NCBI GenBank assembly: GCA_963710755.1 | Contig: CAVQBK010000003.1 | Coordinates: forward strand, 928,001-992,000 | Source: an uncultured bacterium | Lineage (GTDB): Bacteria > Oederibacteriota > JAAXVQ01 > JAUVAV01 | Reading direction: 5' to 3' | Length of the DNA stretch: 64,000 nt | Shown here: positions 60,579 through 64,000 of the stretch, in pieces | How positions within the stretch are numbered: position 1 is the first letter of the stretch | Layout: each line of letters starts with the position of its first letter | Made by a program: the position numbers and the translations under genes | The notes under the pieces: generated by a model | What the model saw: only the letters and a program-made list of their open reading frames with translations | The model's database searches: none | Told to the model about the DNA's origin: nothing

Positions 60579-61502
60579 ATGAAAAAATATCTCATTCCGC
60601 TGGGATTAATAATGACAGCCGGGGTTCTTTTTTCCTTGGGCTACTTTACTAAACCCTTGCTTCAACATCTTTATCAGAATAAGGTTCTGGTGACCGTTAA
60701 TGAACAACCGATCACTGACCGCGATCTGCAGCAGGAAATCAGTTTCTTGCGGGTCAGTGAGAATACCCCCATGTCCAATATCACCAAGGAAGATGTGCTG
60801 GATCGTCTAATCAATGATCAATTGATTCTGCAGGAAGCCAAAAAACTGGATCTGGCTATCCAAGTAGATCAGTTTAAAGTCTATGCCCAAGATTTCTGGA
60901 AACCCTACAGTGATGAGGCCAGAAAAAAAATATTGCGCACCAACGGGCTGACCATGGAAACCTGGGAGGCCTTGGTTAAAAAACGCCTTCTCATTGAACA
61001 AACGATGGCTCATATGGTGGATGAACGCGTGCATGTGGGGGAAGATGAAATTGAAGCTTATTATTGGACGCACCTGTTGGAATTTTATCGACCGGTGCGG
61101 GTTCACGCCCGCCAAATCGTGGTGGAAACTGAGGCCCAAGCCAAAACATTGAAAGCGCAGTTGGATAAGGGAGACAATTTCCAAGTTTTGGCCAGCCAAT
61201 TTTCGCGGGGGCCGGAAAAAGACCAAGGCGGGGATTTGGGTTGGGTCAGTGCCGACGATCTGCCCCAAGCTTTTACCAAGGTGTTGTTTAGATTGAAAGA
61301 GCACGATATCAGCAAGCCGATTGCCACCACTTATGGTTATCATATATTTACAGTGGACCAGCGGGAACAGGGCGGCAGAATTTCTATGGAAGAGGCTAAA
61401 AAGGAGATTGCTGAAAATCTGAAATTAACCAAGACTAATCAAGTTTTTCAAAATTGGCTGGAAGAAATCAGAACTCGGGCCAACATTTCCTTCAATAATT
61501 AA
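60579..61502 (+). CDS. parvulin-type peptidylprolyl isomerase (PrsA/SurA-like)
   Basis: VTVNEQPIT, HARQIVV, GGDLGWV, YGYHIF. Confidence 0.92.
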   Translation: MKKYLIPLGLIMTAGVLFSLGYFTKPLLQHLYQNKVLVTVNEQPITDRDLQQEISFLRVSENTPMSNITKEDVLDRLINDQLILQEAKKLDLAIQVDQFKVYAQDFWKPYSDEARKKILRTNGLTMETWEALVKKRLLIEQTMAHMVDERVHVGEDEIEAYYWTHLLEFYRPVRVHARQIVVETEAQAKTLKAQLDKGDNFQVLASQFSRGPEKDQGGDLGWVSADDLPQAFTKVLFRLKEHDISKPIATTYGYHIFTVDQREQGGRISMEEAKKEIAENLKLTKTNQVFQNWLEEIRTRANISFNN

Positions 61503-61513
61503 TGAGGTGCAGG

Positions 61514-62608
61514 ATGATGAAAACGTTATATGCAATGACCATGGCAGGAGCTCTATTATTGTGCATGGCCGCCGGGCAAGCAGCGGAACCTGAGCACCCT
61601 GCCGCGGTAATAAAGGAAGCCGCCAAGGTCGTGCCGGCCGGCAAACCGGAATCAGTGGATCGCATAGAAATCAGAATCGGCAACGAAGTGATTACCACCA
61701 CGGAAATTGAACTGCCGCTGCAACAGTTGGGAGATTATCTTAAGAAAAGTCTGCAGGGTGATGAATTAAAAGAAAAACTGCGCTTGGCCCGGGAACAACA
61801 TATTAAAAAACTTATTGAGAGCAAATTGCTGCTGCTGGAGGCACGCCGTCAAAAGATCGATGTGCAGGAGGCCATGGTCAAGGAGACAGCTGGAAAAGAA
61901 ATCGAAAAATTGAAAGCCCAGTTTCCTTCGGAGGAAGCTTTTCGCAAACAATTGGCCATGGAACACCTCAATGAAACGGAGCTGCTGAAAGAACGGGAAA
62001 AGATGGCCAGGGAAAATATTATGCGGCAAAAATTGCTCCAGGAAAAATTGCGCGAATTCAGAACCGGCAGCGAGGTGGATGAAACCCAGTTGAAGGAGTA
62101 CTACGAGAAAAATAAAGAGGAATTTCACAGTCCAGCTCGGGCGGAAGTGCATCAGATTTTCATTCCCCATCCCAGCACTGCTTTGGGCCGGGATGCTTTT
62201 TTAAAACAAGACCATGACGCCAAATTGAAAATTGAAAAAGCCCTGCAGGAACTGAAACAAGGCCGTCCTTTTGCGGTAGTAGCCAAAGCCTATTCGGAAC
62301 ATAGGTTATCGGCTGAACAAGGCGGCAGTATCGGCTGGATTGAGGCCGGGGTATCAGGACTGCCGGAATTTGAAAAAGCGGTCTTTAATAAGGTGCCGGT
62401 AGGTGGTACCTCCGGGATTTTAGATACCAGCCGCGGATACTTTATCGTCCAGGTTGCTGACCGGCAAGCCGGCAAAACCCTGCCTTTGGAAGAGGTGAAA
62501 GGGCGCATTCGCCAGGACATTATGAACCAAGGTTCGGAGAAAAGATTTGAAGCCTGGATTGATTCGCTTAAGCAACGCTATCCTGTGGTTTATGCGGAAA
62601 AAAGATAA
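61514..62608 (+). CDS. SurA-like chaperone/peptidylprolyl isomerase
   Basis: Signal peptide, VDRI..GNEVIT, AKAYSE..GGSIGW. Confidence 0.9.
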   Translation: MMKTLYAMTMAGALLLCMAAGQAAEPEHPAAVIKEAAKVVPAGKPESVDRIEIRIGNEVITTTEIELPLQQLGDYLKKSLQGDELKEKLRLAREQHIKKLIESKLLLLEARRQKIDVQEAMVKETAGKEIEKLKAQFPSEEAFRKQLAMEHLNETELLKEREKMARENIMRQKLLQEKLREFRTGSEVDETQLKEYYEKNKEEFHSPARAEVHQIFIPHPSTALGRDAFLKQDHDAKLKIEKALQELKQGRPFAVVAKAYSEHRLSAEQGGSIGWIEAGVSGLPEFEKAVFNKVPVGGTSGILDTSRGYFIVQVADRQAGKTLPLEEVKGRIRQDIMNQGSEKRFEAWIDSLKQRYPVVYAEKR

Positions 62609-62665
62609 TAGGTCCTTGCGCATCCCCTGTATTTTAATGCGGGGATTTTAAGCTACAGTAATTCC

Positions 62666-62702
62666 AAAAGCCGGTTTGTCCTGGACAAACCGGCTTTTTT
62701 AT
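62666..62702 (+). terminator. intrinsic (bidirectional-type) terminator
   Basis: AAAAGCCGGTTTGTC-ctg-GACAAACCGGCTTTTTT. Confidence 0.9.
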
Positions 62703-62806
62703 TTGGTGATTTAAATGCTGCACGGTATAATCACAGCCAATTGTCCATTCAACCGGATATAAGTATTTTAGCATAACGTGTTTCATTAAAAGGCAGGTGT
62801 TAAATC

Positions 62807-63856
62807 ATGATAAAAGCCGCGGTTGTCGGCGCCAGCGGTTATACAGGCGCAGAATTGGTAAGGCTGTTGACCTTCCACCCCCAAGTGGAGCTCAAAGCAA
62901 TCACCTCAGAGTCTTATGCCGGCCAGTCCCTGTCGGATCTATATCCGGGCTTGCATCACGCGGGTGATCAGCGCCTAACCAAATTAGCGGACACGCCGCT
63001 TGATCCAGAACAGGTGGATGTCGTTTTTCTGGGACTACCTCACGGTGAGTCCATGATCCTGACACCCAAAATCGCAGCCACGGGCGTCAAGGTTATTGAC
63101 CTGTCCGGTGATTTTCGCTTTCATGACACTAAGGTCTATGAGCAATGGTATCAGCGGGAGCATACCGCCGCGGCCGCCGCCGCGGAAGCGGTTTACGGCT
63201 TGCCGGAACTTTTTCGCCAGACTATTAAACCGGCCCGGTTTGTAGCCAACCCGGGCTGTTATGTAACTGCCACAGTGCTGGCTTTGTATCCCTTGCTGCG
63301 CCATGGCTTGGTGGAGGCCCAAACCTTAATTGCCGATGCCAAATCCGGTATCAGCGGGGCCGGCCGCAAGGCCAAACCTGAAACTATGTTTAACCGTATC
63401 AGCGAAAATGTAATTCCCTATAAAGTTGGCGGTCAGCACCAGCATACCCCGGAGATGGAGCAGGCCTTGAGCCTGGCCACAGCCCAGGAAGTCAAGCTTA
63501 GTTTTACGCCCCAAATGGTGCCGGCGAAAAGAGGTATTCTGACCACGGTCTATGCACGTTTGCGGCAGCCTCGGTCAGTCAAAGATATCGAACAGATTTA
63601 TCAGGAAAGCTATGCCCAGGAACCCTTTATCCGGCTTCGCCTGGCCCAGGCATCCTGGCCTGATTTGACTATGGCCGTGGGTAGCAATCTTTGCGTTATC
63701 AAAACAACGGTGGATGAACGCACGGGGATGGTCATTACGGTTGCGGCTATGGATAATCTGATCAAGGGCGCGTCCGGCCAAGCCATCCAAAACATGAACC
63801 TCATGTTCGGCCTGGAGGAAACCATGGGGCTGCCCCAGGAAGGGATAATTCCATGA
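62807..63856 (+). CDS. argC: N-acetyl-gamma-glutamyl-phosphate reductase
   Basis: GASGYTGAEL, DLSGDFR, ANPGCY, SGISGAGR, DNLIKGASGQA. Confidence 0.98.
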   Translation: MIKAAVVGASGYTGAELVRLLTFHPQVELKAITSESYAGQSLSDLYPGLHHAGDQRLTKLADTPLDPEQVDVVFLGLPHGESMILTPKIAATGVKVIDLSGDFRFHDTKVYEQWYQREHTAAAAAAEAVYGLPELFRQTIKPARFVANPGCYVTATVLALYPLLRHGLVEAQTLIADAKSGISGAGRKAKPETMFNRISENVIPYKVGGQHQHTPEMEQALSLATAQEVKLSFTPQMVPAKRGILTTVYARLRQPRSVKDIEQIYQESYAQEPFIRLRLAQASWPDLTMAVGSNLCVIKTTVDERTGMVITVAAMDNLIKGASGQAIQNMNLMFGLEETMGLPQEGIIP

Positions 63857-64000
63857 CCGTTACCGCCAAAAAAGGTGTGCTGGCGCCGCGGGGCTTTGTC
63901 GCAGCCACTGCTGCCGTAGGCATTAGAAAATCAGGAAAAAAGGACCTCATGCTGCTCTGTTCCGAACGGCCTGCCCATGCAGCCGGGTTATTCACGGTCA
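63853..64000 (+). CDS. argJ: ornithine acetyltransferase ArgJ, N-terminal part (runs off window)
   Basis: MTVTAKKGVLAPRGFVAATAAVGIRKSGKKDL..AAGLFT; ATGA overlap with argC. Confidence 0.9.
   Translation, partial: MTVTAKKGVLAPRGFVAATAAVGIRKSGKKDLMLLCSERPAHAAGLFTV

Noticed and set aside
62703-62806. ARG boxes upstream of argC
   Set aside because: Only weak AT-rich resemblance; no clear TGAAT-N4-ATTCA pair.

Overview
Mostly core chromosome of a diderm bacterium (outer-membrane barrels, SurA/PpiD chaperones); the lineage cannot be fixed from sequence alone. In order: ppiD, divergent from a small Lys-rich membrane gene plus mreBCD-mrdA-rodA-radical SAM-rng; an ~8 kb intervening block (cysE, CPBP protease, ferritin-like protein, a serine palmitoyltransferase fused in frame to a bacterial ceramide-synthase-like GNAT, iron-sulfur flavoprotein, DUF3078 barrel, TPR lipoprotein); rplU-rpmA-obgE-proB-proA-nadD; a kinase-less DUF4388/two-membrane-protein/receiver module; a dinB...dnaE2 mutagenesis cassette with LexA-like direct repeats, interrupted by a degenerate GIY-YIG gene, a SIR2-like remnant and a HEPN/MNT toxin-antitoxin pair; a 1100-aa acidic bitopic protein; porin/PAP2/PhnP genes; a complete F1Fo ATP synthase operon; a PorV-like barrel; a short 45-46 bp tandem repeat; a peptidase-propeller-Omp85-like protein with a probable ATT start; Fe-ADH; mfd with three SurA/PrsA-like genes; argC and the start of argJ. 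No rRNA, tRNA, CRISPR array, transposase or integrase was recognised. Best leads: the Spt-CerS fusion and its leader terminator, the DUF4388 module, and the dinB/dnaE2 cassette. All family calls come from motif recognition by eye; no database searches were run.
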